Shown one piece after another: positions 9,365 through 18,983 of a stretch of DNA of 64,000 nt (the stretch's first letter is position 1; each line of letters begins with the position of its first letter). Location of the stretch: assembly GCA_902555435.1 (NCBI GenBank), contig CACDRL010000001.1:3758-67757 (forward strand), written 5' to 3'. The translations under genes and the position numbers were made by a program. Origin of the DNA: an uncultured Pelagibacteraceae bacterium (GTDB taxonomy: Bacteria > Pseudomonadota > Alphaproteobacteria > Pelagibacterales > Pelagibacteraceae). The notes under the pieces were generated by a model. It saw only the letters and a program-made list of their open reading frames with translations, did no database searches and was not told where the DNA came from.

Positions 9365-10468
9365 ATGAAAATTGAGCTAATTGAAAATAAAGTTTATTTT
9401 AATAATGGATCTGAAAAAAAAGAAATTCACCCATTCTGGTTACGTGAAAGGGCAAATGGTGAAGAATATTTAGATAAAGGAACTCAGCAAAGACTTTTTG
9501 ATCCTACTTTTCTGAGTAATAATATTTCAATAAATAGAGCCAATATTAATGAAAAATATTTAGAAGTTAATTTTAATGATGGTGTTAATTCAAAATTAGA
9601 AATAGATAAAATTGCTTCTGAGTTTTTTAAAGAAGACACTGTAATTAGATCTATAGAAAAGACTAAATGGGACTCCACTCTAAAAAATATTAAAAATTTC
9701 GAATACCAAGAAAATTTTTATGAGAGTAGAGAAATGCATGATTTGCTTGTTTCTTTCTATAAATTTGGATTTGTAGTAGTAAAAAATATTCCAACATCAA
9801 AAAATTACATCGTGGAATTTGCAAATTCTATAGGAAGTGTTCGAAGAACAAATTTTGGTGAATATTTTGATGTAAAATCTAAACCTGATCCTAACGATCT
9901 AGCTTATACATCCTTAGCTCTTGCGCCTCATACTGATAATCCCTATAGAAATCCTGTTCCTTGTATTCAGCTTTTACATTGTATTGAGAGTAAAGTTTCA
10001 GGAGGATTATCAACATTAGTAGATGGTTATACAGTTACTGAAGATTTAAAAAATGAATATCCAGAATTTTACAAAATATTAACAGAGGTAAAAGTAAGAT
10101 TTAGATTTATTGATAAAGAAGTTATTTTAGAAACAATTTCTCCTTTAGTTGAATTAAATGATGATAAAAGTTTTAAACAGGTAAGATTTAGTCCTAGATT
10201 AGACTATGTTCCTATTTTAGAAAAAGAAAAATTAGATCTTTACTATAGTGCGAGAAAAAAAATATCTGAAATGTATAATTCAGATAAATATAGAATTGAA
10301 TTTAAACTCGAGCCAAAAGACTTAATGATGATGGATAATCATAGATTACTTCATGGACGAACAGTCTATGATGCAAATGAAGGAGAAAGATTTTTACAAG
10401 GTTGTTATATCGACTACGATAGTACTGAAGGAAAATTGAGACACTTAAAAAGAAAGTTTAATCTATAG
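9365..10468 (+). CDS. Fe(II)/2-oxoglutarate dioxygenase, gamma-butyrobetaine hydroxylase-like (TauD family)
   Basis: N-terminal FWLR domain, HTDNPYR (HxD) and DNHRLLHGR motifs, RFLQGCY. Confidence 0.88.
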   Translation: MKIELIENKVYFNNGSEKKEIHPFWLRERANGEEYLDKGTQQRLFDPTFLSNNISINRANINEKYLEVNFNDGVNSKLEIDKIASEFFKEDTVIRSIEKTKWDSTLKNIKNFEYQENFYESREMHDLLVSFYKFGFVVVKNIPTSKNYIVEFANSIGSVRRTNFGEYFDVKSKPDPNDLAYTSLALAPHTDNPYRNPVPCIQLLHCIESKVSGGLSTLVDGYTVTEDLKNEYPEFYKILTEVKVRFRFIDKEVILETISPLVELNDDKSFKQVRFSPRLDYVPILEKEKLDLYYSARKKISEMYNSDKYRIEFKLEPKDLMMMDNHRLLHGRTVYDANEGERFLQGCYIDYDSTEGKLRHLKRKFNL

Positions 10469-11045
10469 AAATATTTTCTATTTGAGCTTCTGCATCTCTG
10501 ATTGATTTTTCATAATCTAAGGCCATTTGATCAGCACTAATTACTTCAATTTTTTCTATTCCAAAAAAGTTTAAAATAAATTTTAACCAAGGCGTTAAAA
10601 AATCCTCAGAGCTATTTAGTTTAGTTCCACCTGAAGTAATGACTAGATATGCTTTTTTGTTTTTTAATAACCCTTCTCTTCTACCATTAGGTTTAAATTT
10701 AAAAGTTTCCCCTATTCTAGCAGCTAAATCTGACCAAGCTTTAAGTGTTGCTGGGGGACCATAATTATAAATTGGGGCTGAAATAATAATAATGTCACTT
10801 TCTTTTAATTCTTTTACAAACTTGTCAGAAAGTTCAAACATTTTTTTATGTTCTTCTGTTTGATCTTTTTCATCAATATTCATTCCAGACTCTGTTAAGC
10901 CACTTACAAAAAGCATCTCATCATCTAAATCTCTATAAATTACCTCATCTCCTGGTTTTTTGATTTTTTCTAAAAGTTTTTTTGCTAAAGCTCTAGAAGT
11001 AGAGCCTTTCTTTCTAGCGCTGGAGTCTATTTGATAAATTTTCAT
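10458..11045 (-). CDS. azoR: FMN-dependent NADH-azoreductase/quinone reductase
   Basis: IDSSAR..GS.SR, PIYNY..PA.LKAW.D, TSGG. Confidence 0.85.
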   Translation of the reverse strand: MKIYQIDSSARKKGSTSRALAKKLLEKIKKPGDEVIYRDLDDEMLFVSGLTESGMNIDEKDQTEEHKKMFELSDKFVKELKESDIIIISAPIYNYGPPATLKAWSDLAARIGETFKFKPNGRREGLLKNKKAYLVITSGGTKLNSSEDFLTPWLKFILNFFGIEKIEVISADQMALDYEKSIRDAEAQIENISID

Positions 11046-11053
11046 TCAATAAA

Positions 11054-11761
11054 CTAACCAAAATTTTGCATAAAAGGAAAGATCTTAATTATGTAAAATC
11101 CAATTACTTGTAATTGATTAGTTAAAATCAAAGTTCCGGTTATGAGTAGAGTTATACCGCCAATTTTTGAAATTAAATTAATATTCTTTTTAAAATTTTT
11201 AGAAAATAATAAAAATCTTTGAATTAAGTATCCAGATAAGACAAAAGGAATAGCAAGACCTAATGAATAAGAAATTAACAAGATTACAGCTCTTGATAAA
11301 GTTTCTTCAATTGATGCTAAAGCTAAAATTGAACCCAAAATTGGTCCAATGCATGGTGTCCAGCCAAAACCAAAAGCAACACCAATTACATATGGAAATA
11401 GAATATTTCTTGATTCTTTTGCATCAAATCTTTTTTCAAAATTTAAATATGGAATATTGATTATTCCAATTAATTGAAGAGAAAAAATTATGATAACTAT
11501 TCCAGCTAAAATTCTTAACACTTCCGAATTTTGTAATAGTGCCTGTCCTAAAAATGATGCTGATGCACCTAAAATAACAAAAACAGTCGAGAAGCCTAAA
11601 CAAAATAAAATTAATGGAAAAATATTTATTTTTCTTTGATTTAAAATTTCTTGTAATGATTGACCGGAAATATAAGAAATATATCCAGGTATCAAAGGTA
11701 GAACACATGGAGACAAGAAACTTATAAGTCCTGCTCCAAAAGCAATTAAGTATTCAAACAT
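11054..11761 (-). CDS. ccdA: Cytochrome c biogenesis protein CcdA (DsbD TM domain)
   Basis: SFLSPCVLPLIP and FGWTPCIGPILG cysteine motifs. Confidence 0.93.
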   Translation of the reverse strand: MFEYLIAFGAGLISFLSPCVLPLIPGYISYISGQSLQEILNQRKINIFPLILFCLGFSTVFVILGASASFLGQALLQNSEVLRILAGIVIIIFSLQLIGIINIPYLNFEKRFDAKESRNILFPYVIGVAFGFGWTPCIGPILGSILALASIEETLSRAVILLISYSLGLAIPFVLSGYLIQRFLLFSKNFKKNINLISKIGGITLLITGTLILTNQLQVIGFYIIKIFPFMQNFG

Positions 11762-14452
11762 TTATCCAGTATTTTTCATTGCTGCAGAGATACCTGCAAT
11801 CGATGTCATTAAAGCATCTTCAAGAAATTTTTTATCTAAATTTTTATATTTTTTATTTGTTAATTTATTCATGACATTTGCCTGTAGTATATTTAACATC
11901 TCTGTATAATTGTTTCTTATAAATAACGCTTTTCTAAATTCTTTTCTCTCTTTTACCACTTCCTTAGGAGTAATTTTATTATGCAATTTGACCAGTGCAT
12001 CAAATTGAAATCTTAATTTTTTACCAATTCTCTTTAATGAGGCATCAGCTAAATTATTTTCATAAATAACTGATATTTCTGGATCCACCTTAGAAATTAC
12101 CATATCCAAAATATCCATGGTTGATACAAAGTATGGCCAATTTCTTTCCATATCTGTCATTGTTCTTCTAAACTTTTTAATAGAACCATATCTAAGCGCT
12201 TCAGTTGTGCCTAGCCAAGCAGGTAACATTAGTCTAATTTGCGTCCAAGCAAATACCCAAGGAATAGCTCTTAAGCTCTGAATATTGTCGACATTCTTTC
12301 TTTTGGTTGGTCTTGATCCAATAGCAAGCTTTCCAAGTGATTTATGTGGAGTAACCGTTTTGAAGTAACGAATAAAATCCTGACTTTGATTTAGATATTT
12401 TCTGTATGAAGATGTAGAAATTTCTGACATTTTTTGAATTAATTCACGCCAATTAGTTTTTGATCTTGGTGGAGGATTTAAAGAAGCATCCATTACTGAA
12501 CCGATATAGCTACAGAGGTTATATTCAGCTAAAGGTTTGTAACCGTACTTTTGTTGAATTACTTCACCTTGATCAGTAATTCTAATTTTTCCATTAACTG
12601 TACCTGAAGGTTGTGATTTTAAAGTAGCCTGAATTGGACCACCTCCTCTTCCTGGAGATCCGCCTCTACCGTGGAAGAAAACAAGATCTATCTTATATTT
12701 TTTTGCTAAATTTCTAAGCTCCTCTTGAAGTTTGTATTGATGCCAACTTGCAGATAATTTTCCAGCATCTTTACTCGAGTCCGAGTACCCAATCATCACT
12801 TCCTGTTTTGACTTAATCATTTTTCTGTACCATGGAAGTTTGAATAAATTTGTCATGACGCTGTTAGCATTTTTTAGATCATCCAAAGTTTCAAAAAGTG
12901 GCACAACTCTTAATAAATTTTTGGTTTTTGCCTGCATTTGTAAAAAATAAACTGATAAGATATCTGATGCTGTTGAAGTCATTGATATTACATATGCACC
13001 TAGGCATTCAATTGGTGTTTTTGCAATCTGTTTGAAAGTATTCCAAACTTCTTTATTTTCTTTATCTTTTAATTTTATTTTATCTACAAAAGATTTTTTT
13101 TCTTTTATAGATTTATTTAATAATTTTATTTTTTTTTCTTCAGTTAAAGAAGAATATTTTATATTTTTTTTCTTTTTAAAAATTTCGTTTAAAAGTTTTT
13201 CATGTCTATCTGCCTCTTGTCTTATATCTAATCTTGCTAAATTAATTCCAAAACACCTCACTCTTCTCATTAAATCTAATAAGTCTGCGTTTGCAATATG
13301 CTCTCCTCTATTTGCTTTTAATGAGTTTCTTACTTCTCTTAATGGAAGAGTTATTTCGTTTTTATTTTGAATTAATTTTTTTTCATCTAAAGGTACATTT
13401 TTATTTAAATGATTTTCGATTAATTGATGGGTTAGTCTTACCTTGTCTCTAATTGGTCTCAAATAAACTCTATAAGGTTCATAACTGTTTCCTGTTGCTC
13501 TTTTAATTTTTGTTGAGCATTCTTCCATTGATAAATCTTGTATCAATTTAGTAAGTTCTTTCTCATATAATTTTGCAGCTTGCCATCTAGAAAATAAAAT
13601 TACTTTCTTGGTTACTTCTGCAGTTACATTTGGATTTCCATCTCTGTCTCCGCCCATCCATGAACCAAATTGAATAGGATTAAAATCACGAGGCAAATCT
13701 TTCTTTAAATTTTTTCTAAAAATGTCGTTAAGTCTTTTGTAAACTTTAGGAATGGTATCCCACAAACTATCTTCTATTACGGCTAATCCCCATCTTGCTT
13801 CGTCTAATGGAGAAGGCTTTGTTCTTTTAAGTTCATCTGTTTTCCATATTATTGCAATTTCTGAGTATAGTTTTCTATCTAATTCGATGATTTTTGAGGG
13901 GTATTTTTTATAGAGATGTCTATGCTCCATAATTTCAGTTAAATTTGCATATTTTTGAATTAAGGTTCTTCTTTTAACTTCTGTTGGATGCGCAGTAAGA
14001 ACTATTCCAATATCTAGTTTTGTTGCTAAATTATAAATTTTATTATTTGTAATATTTTTATTTTTAAAAAGTCCCTCAATAATATCCTCAATAAATAAGT
14101 TTTGATTTTTGCTTTTAAAGTATGGATTTTCATATTCATTTAATTTTCTAGAAGCATCCAATGACTCAGCTAAATTCATTAAATTAAGGATGTGTGAAAA
14201 AGCCCTTGTGATTTTAAAAGTTTTTTCTGGTGAAAGTTTTTTTACTTCCTTTGATATTTTTGAGAAAACTTTACTTTTATTTTTGTCTGATAAAGTGCTT
14301 TTTGATAATAATCTAAATCTTTCAACAATTTGAAAAAAAACTGAACCTTCTTGATCTTTAATTACTTTTCCTAGGAATGTCCCTAATAATCTAATATCTT
14401 CTCTTAAGAGCTTTGTAGGTATTCGCTCATAGTAAAGATCTCTTTTCTTCAT
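11762..14452 (-). CDS. ppc: Phosphoenolpyruvate carboxylase
   Basis: LTAHPTE, GGDRDGNP, MIGYSDS.KDAG, FHGRGG, SLRAIPWVFAWTQ, terminal MKNTG. Confidence 0.97.
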   Translation of the reverse strand: MKKRDLYYERIPTKLLREDIRLLGTFLGKVIKDQEGSVFFQIVERFRLLSKSTLSDKNKSKVFSKISKEVKKLSPEKTFKITRAFSHILNLMNLAESLDASRKLNEYENPYFKSKNQNLFIEDIIEGLFKNKNITNNKIYNLATKLDIGIVLTAHPTEVKRRTLIQKYANLTEIMEHRHLYKKYPSKIIELDRKLYSEIAIIWKTDELKRTKPSPLDEARWGLAVIEDSLWDTIPKVYKRLNDIFRKNLKKDLPRDFNPIQFGSWMGGDRDGNPNVTAEVTKKVILFSRWQAAKLYEKELTKLIQDLSMEECSTKIKRATGNSYEPYRVYLRPIRDKVRLTHQLIENHLNKNVPLDEKKLIQNKNEITLPLREVRNSLKANRGEHIANADLLDLMRRVRCFGINLARLDIRQEADRHEKLLNEIFKKKKNIKYSSLTEEKKIKLLNKSIKEKKSFVDKIKLKDKENKEVWNTFKQIAKTPIECLGAYVISMTSTASDILSVYFLQMQAKTKNLLRVVPLFETLDDLKNANSVMTNLFKLPWYRKMIKSKQEVMIGYSDSSKDAGKLSASWHQYKLQEELRNLAKKYKIDLVFFHGRGGSPGRGGGPIQATLKSQPSGTVNGKIRITDQGEVIQQKYGYKPLAEYNLCSYIGSVMDASLNPPPRSKTNWRELIQKMSEISTSSYRKYLNQSQDFIRYFKTVTPHKSLGKLAIGSRPTKRKNVDNIQSLRAIPWVFAWTQIRLMLPAWLGTTEALRYGSIKKFRRTMTDMERNWPYFVSTMDILDMVISKVDPEISVIYENNLADASLKRIGKKLRFQFDALVKLHNKITPKEVVKERKEFRKALFIRNNYTEMLNILQANVMNKLTNKKYKNLDKKFLEDALMTSIAGISAAMKNTG

Positions 14453-15338
14453 TACTTAATATAAATTTTTTTTGTAAAACTCCTTTTGCATTTGTTTTTA
14501 CACTAAAAAAGAATCCTGAATATCTAAATTTTCGCAAATCAGCTTTGTCCATTCCTTTTGTTGCAGTTGAAACATACAGTTCTTGATTATTCTTTCCTCC
14601 AAATGCACAATTAGTTATGTTTTTAGCTGGAAATTGAATTCTATGAATTAATTTTGCTCTACTATTAAATACTGAGACACATGCCCCACGAAAATGTGCA
14701 ACCCATAAATTTTTATTTTTATCTAAAGTCATTCCGTCTGGAACTCCTTCCTCAGGTGTTAACTTTTTAAATATTTTTTTACTAATTATTTTATTATTTT
14801 TATTTATCTTAATTTTATAGATAATTTTTTTAGGACTATCAGTGTGGTAAAAGTTATGTTCATCAATAAATGCTGGACCATTTGTAATTCTATAATTTTT
14901 ATCAACTCTAGTTAATTTTAGATTTTTATCTAATTTATACAAAGATCCTTTTTCAATTTTTCTCTCTAAATTATCCATAGTACCAAACCAAAGATTTCCA
15001 GCAGGATCGGTTTTACCATCGTTTATTCTATTTAACTTTATTTTTGGCTCTATAGGTATTGATTTTAAAACTTTTTTTGATTTTAAATTTTGAATTCTTA
15101 ATTCACCTTGCAATCCTAAAATAAATATATGATCTTTTATATGAGCAATGAAACCTACTTCTTTATTAACTTTAAAGATTTTCTTTTTTTTATTTTTGAT
15201 ATTTAAAGAACAAATTTTTTTTTTCTTTATATCTACAAAATAAATACAGTTATGCTCTTTAACCCAAAGTGTTCCTTCACCTAAAGTACATCTTATTTTC
15301 CAAATTGCTTTTGGTTCTGTAGTTTTAATTTTATTCAT
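14427..15338 (-). CDS. SMP-30/gluconolactonase family sugar lactonase (XylC-like)
   Basis: LGEG, RINDGK.DP.G.LWFGTM, TNGPAF, PDGMTLD, TNCAFGG. Confidence 0.9.
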   Translation of the reverse strand: MNKIKTTEPKAIWKIRCTLGEGTLWVKEHNCIYFVDIKKKKICSLNIKNKKKKIFKVNKEVGFIAHIKDHIFILGLQGELRIQNLKSKKVLKSIPIEPKIKLNRINDGKTDPAGNLWFGTMDNLERKIEKGSLYKLDKNLKLTRVDKNYRITNGPAFIDEHNFYHTDSPKKIIYKIKINKNNKIISKKIFKKLTPEEGVPDGMTLDKNKNLWVAHFRGACVSVFNSRAKLIHRIQFPAKNITNCAFGGKNNQELYVSTATKGMDKADLRKFRYSGFFFSVKTNAKGVLQKKFILSNEEKRSLL

Positions 15339-16503
15339 TTACCTCAAACTCTTTAATAAAGTCTTCATTGGGGTTTATACCAATACCTACATTGTCTGTC
15401 ACTGATGCAAATCCATTATTATTTTTGACCTGATCTAAAATTGAAAAATTCTCTTTTGGTAAATCTGTAATAAATATATTTTTCTCTGTCGTATCAAACT
15501 CTAGCATAGATTTTGTAGGGAATAGTCCCCCTGGCATGTCGGGTTGTGCAGTCAACAAATGAAGATTTACCGCTATACTTACAGCAGATCCCCAAACATG
15601 ATTGATTACTGGAACAAAGTTAGCCTGAGCTAAAGCTGCAACCTTCAAATATTCAGTGATGCCACCTAAACCACACACCTCTGGTTGAGCTATATCAATG
15701 CATTCATTGGTAATTAATTTATTCCATCCATACTTTGTAAATTCTGCTTCACCCCCTGCCACACTGGTTGATATTTTTTTTTTCAATTCTCGATAACCAT
15801 TGTAATCTTCAGGAGCAACAGGTTCTTCAAACCAATAAATATCTAATTCATCAAGTCCTTTTCCAACATAAAGAGCATCTTTCAAATTATAAGTATGGTT
15901 AGCATCCACCATTAATTTAAAATCTTTACCTATAGAATTTCTAACTGCTTGAACTAACTTTAAATCTTCTTTTGGGCCCAATCCAACTTTCATTTTCATG
16001 GCTTTAAAATTTTTTGATTTAATTTCTTTTGACTCTTCTTGAAATAATGGAATTAATTCATCAACTGATTTTTTTTGTAACATCATTCCATATCCATACA
16101 CAGGAACTTCATTGTTACATTTTCCGCCAACAAGTTGGTAGAGAGGAGAGTTTGTTTTTTTTCCTAAGATATCCCATAGAGCTATATCCACTCCTGACAA
16201 AGCTTGTATTGGCATTCCTTTTTGACCGCTATCTCTTAAAAGATTGTAGACTTTTTGCCAGATATGTTCTTTATTCAATGGATCTTCGCCAATTACTAGA
16301 GGCTGAATTACCTTTTCAACTATATATTTATTGGCTAAAGCAATATTACCTGGACCAAAACACTCTCCCCATCCAGTAATACCTTCGTCGGTTTGTACTT
16401 CAACTAAATGAGCTGTACGGTGCTTATAATATTGTTGTGAATAACCTAATTCTTTTTCTAACTCATATTTAAGTACATGACTTTTAATAGAAGTTATTTT
16501 CAC
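15331..16503 (-). CDS. Mandelate racemase/enolase superfamily enzyme, galactarolactone cycloisomerase (Gci)-like
   Basis: KMK, DANH, WFEEP, GGE, HVWG, LEFD; recalled similarity to Agrobacterium Gci (LRD.GQ.G, HVWG). Confidence 0.8.
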   Translation of the reverse strand: MKITSIKSHVLKYELEKELGYSQQYYKHRTAHLVEVQTDEGITGWGECFGPGNIALANKYIVEKVIQPLVIGEDPLNKEHIWQKVYNLLRDSGQKGMPIQALSGVDIALWDILGKKTNSPLYQLVGGKCNNEVPVYGYGMMLQKKSVDELIPLFQEESKEIKSKNFKAMKMKVGLGPKEDLKLVQAVRNSIGKDFKLMVDANHTYNLKDALYVGKGLDELDIYWFEEPVAPEDYNGYRELKKKISTSVAGGEAEFTKYGWNKLITNECIDIAQPEVCGLGGITEYLKVAALAQANFVPVINHVWGSAVSIAVNLHLLTAQPDMPGGLFPTKSMLEFDTTEKNIFITDLPKENFSILDQVKNNNGFASVTDNVGIGINPNEDFIKEFEVNE

Positions 16504-16509
16504 AAAAAA

Positions 16510-17352
16510 TTACAAAGCAACTACTTTAGAGTTTTGCTCTCCTAGGTTTTCAATTGATAATTTCATTGTATCACCAGCTTTCAAGAATTGTTGAGGTTTC
16601 ATTCCCATACCAACTCCGGGAGGCGTACCTGTTGTAATAATATCACCCGGTTGTAATGACATAAATTTACTCAAATAAGAAACAATAATGTTAACATCAA
16701 AAATCATAGTATTAGTATTTCCAGTCTGCATTCTTTGACCATTAACATCTAAACTCATTTTTAAATTATTAATATCAGCAATTTCATCTTTGGTTACCAA
16801 GTAAGGTCCAATCGGTCCATAAGTATCATGAGATTTTCCTTTAACCCATTGACCCATCTTTTCTATTTGCCATTCTCTTTCGCTAATATCATTGACCAAA
16901 CAATATCCTAAGATGTGATCTTGTGACTGAGCTTCTGAAATATGTTTTGTATGTTTTCCAATTACAATTCCTAATTCTACTTCCCAGTCTAATTTTTTTG
17001 AACCTGAAACAATTTCAATGTCATCGTTAGGACCATTAATACAACTTGTAGCTTTCATAAAAGTAATTGGTTCAGATGGAACCTCTGCCCCTGTTTCTGC
17101 AGCGTGATCTGAAAAGTTTAAACCTATTGCAACAAATTTTCCTGGTTTTGTAATACATGAACCAATTCTTTCACTTGAAGATAATTCAGGAAGAGACGAT
17201 AAATCAGCATTTTGTAAATTTGAGATAGTTTCAAAATTTAAATGATCAGGATTTAAATCTGAAATATGTGAACTGATATCTCTGATTTTTCCATCTTTGT
17301 CTAAAGCTGCTGGTTTTTCTTGTCCTTTTTGACCTACTCTTAATAATTTCAT
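16510..17352 (-). CDS. Fumarylacetoacetate hydrolase family protein (2,4-diketo-acid hydrolase type)
   Basis: IGLNF.DH, DWEVELG, NDISER, GKS.DT, TGTPPGVG. Confidence 0.9.
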   Translation of the reverse strand: MKLLRVGQKGQEKPAALDKDGKIRDISSHISDLNPDHLNFETISNLQNADLSSLPELSSSERIGSCITKPGKFVAIGLNFSDHAAETGAEVPSEPITFMKATSCINGPNDDIEIVSGSKKLDWEVELGIVIGKHTKHISEAQSQDHILGYCLVNDISEREWQIEKMGQWVKGKSHDTYGPIGPYLVTKDEIADINNLKMSLDVNGQRMQTGNTNTMIFDVNIIVSYLSKFMSLQPGDIITTGTPPGVGMGMKPQQFLKAGDTMKLSIENLGEQNSKVVAL

Positions 17353-17373
17353 AATTGTCCTTTTGTTATTAAA

Positions 17374-18117
17374 TTATATTGAAATTCCGCCATCAACATG
17401 AATTGTACTTCCTGTTGTAAATGTTGCATCATCACTTGCTAGATAAACTGCAACTGCAGCAATCTCTTCTGCTGTACCTAATCTTCCCATGGGTTGTCTT
17501 GCTATAAAATCTTTTTTTGCCTGAACTGGATCTGGGCTCTGGTTTACTCTATCTTGCCAAGAAGGTGAAAATACTGTTCCAGGTGCAATTGAATTACATC
17601 TGATATTTTGTTTAACAAAATCTGCTGCAATCGCTTTTGTTAAACCAATAACTGCTCCCTTTGTTGTTCCATAAACAAATCTATTTGGAAAACCTTTAAA
17701 ACTTGATGCACATGAAGATATATTAATAATACTTCCACCATTTTGTTTGATCATTAAAGGTAAAATAGCTTTGCACATAAAGTACATCGACTTAACGTTT
17801 ACATTAGAAGAAAAATCCCAATCTTTTTCATCACATTCTAATATTGTTCCATGATGAACAAAACCAACAGCATTAAACAAAACATCAACCTTATCTAAAG
17901 TTTTAGTAAATTCTATAATTGCATTGTTATCAGTTGAATCTAATTTTTGCACTTTTATCTCAGGATATTCTTTATTTAAATCAGCTAAGGTTTTATCATT
18001 TAAATCGGTTGCAGTGACATGAGCGCCTTCTTTATGAAATGCAATTGCAGTTGCTTTTCCAATTCCTTGACCTGCAGCTGTTACAAGAATTTTTTTACCT
18101 TCTAATCTTCCACTCAT
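17374..18117 (-). CDS. SDR oxidoreductase, 2-keto-3-deoxy-sugar-acid 4-dehydrogenase (DHRS6/KDF dehydrogenase-like)
   Basis: TAAGQGIG, YGTTK (YxxxK), AADF...IRCN.I.PGT..SPS. Confidence 0.8.
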   Translation of the reverse strand: MSGRLEGKKILVTAAGQGIGKATAIAFHKEGAHVTATDLNDKTLADLNKEYPEIKVQKLDSTDNNAIIEFTKTLDKVDVLFNAVGFVHHGTILECDEKDWDFSSNVNVKSMYFMCKAILPLMIKQNGGSIINISSCASSFKGFPNRFVYGTTKGAVIGLTKAIAADFVKQNIRCNSIAPGTVFSPSWQDRVNQSPDPVQAKKDFIARQPMGRLGTAEEIAAVAVYLASDDATFTTGSTIHVDGGISI

Positions 18118-18983
18118 TTTTTATTTATCCTTTCGATTTCATTATAAAGTGAACTATGATCAGTGTTTCCATGACCATTATCGACAAGGGTCTTATACAT
18201 TTCTTTCACTAAATTTGAAATAGGTAAATGTGTATTATATGAATTTGCACACTCTAAAATGTTATTCATGTCTTTCAAATGAGTGTAAGTCTTACCCTTT
18301 GGACTAAAATCTTTGTCTATCATTCTTTTTCCATGAGTTTGTAAAATTTTACTATCTGCCCAACCTCCAGAAAGAGCTTTAATCAATTTATTAGGGTCAG
18401 CTCCAGCCTTTTCACACAATGTTATGGCTTCAGCAACAGCACCTATTGTAACCCCAACAACAATTTGATTTGCTAGTTTTGAAACTTGTCCACTTCCAAC
18501 TGGTCCGACTAATGTTGGGTTTCCCATTGCCTTTAAAATTTTTTCAGAATTATCAAAAACACTTTGTTCTCCACCAACCATTATAGCTAGTGAAGCTTCT
18601 TCTGCTCCAATAGTTCCTCCTGAAACTGGTGCATCTAAATAATTTACATTTTTCGATTTTAAATTTTCTCTATGTTTTATTGCTGTTGTGGGTTTAACAG
18701 AACTCATATCAATAACTGTTGAGCCAGATTTTAAGTTGTCTAAAAAATCTGTACTAGAAGTTATTGCATCAACTGCACTATCATCAGTTAACATGGTAAA
18801 AATAAAATCACTGTCCTTTACTACATTACTTATTGATTTTGAAATTTCTGCACCGAACTCTTTTAGTGGTTCTGCTTTTTCTATTGATCGATTAAAAGCT
18901 TTTAATTTAAATCCAGATTTTAATATATTTTTAGCCATTGGAAGGCCCATCAGGCCTGTTCCAATAAATCCAATTGTTATCAT
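18114..18983 (-). CDS. 3-hydroxyisobutyrate dehydrogenase / 2-hydroxy-3-oxopropionate reductase family protein
   Basis: GFIGTGLMG, DAPVSGG, KLANQ catalytic Lys. Confidence 0.88.
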   Translation of the reverse strand: MITIGFIGTGLMGLPMAKNILKSGFKLKAFNRSIEKAEPLKEFGAEISKSISNVVKDSDFIFTMLTDDSAVDAITSSTDFLDNLKSGSTVIDMSSVKPTTAIKHRENLKSKNVNYLDAPVSGGTIGAEEASLAIMVGGEQSVFDNSEKILKAMGNPTLVGPVGSGQVSKLANQIVVGVTIGAVAEAITLCEKAGADPNKLIKALSGGWADSKILQTHGKRMIDKDFSPKGKTYTHLKDMNNILECANSYNTHLPISNLVKEMYKTLVDNGHGNTDHSSLYNEIERINKK

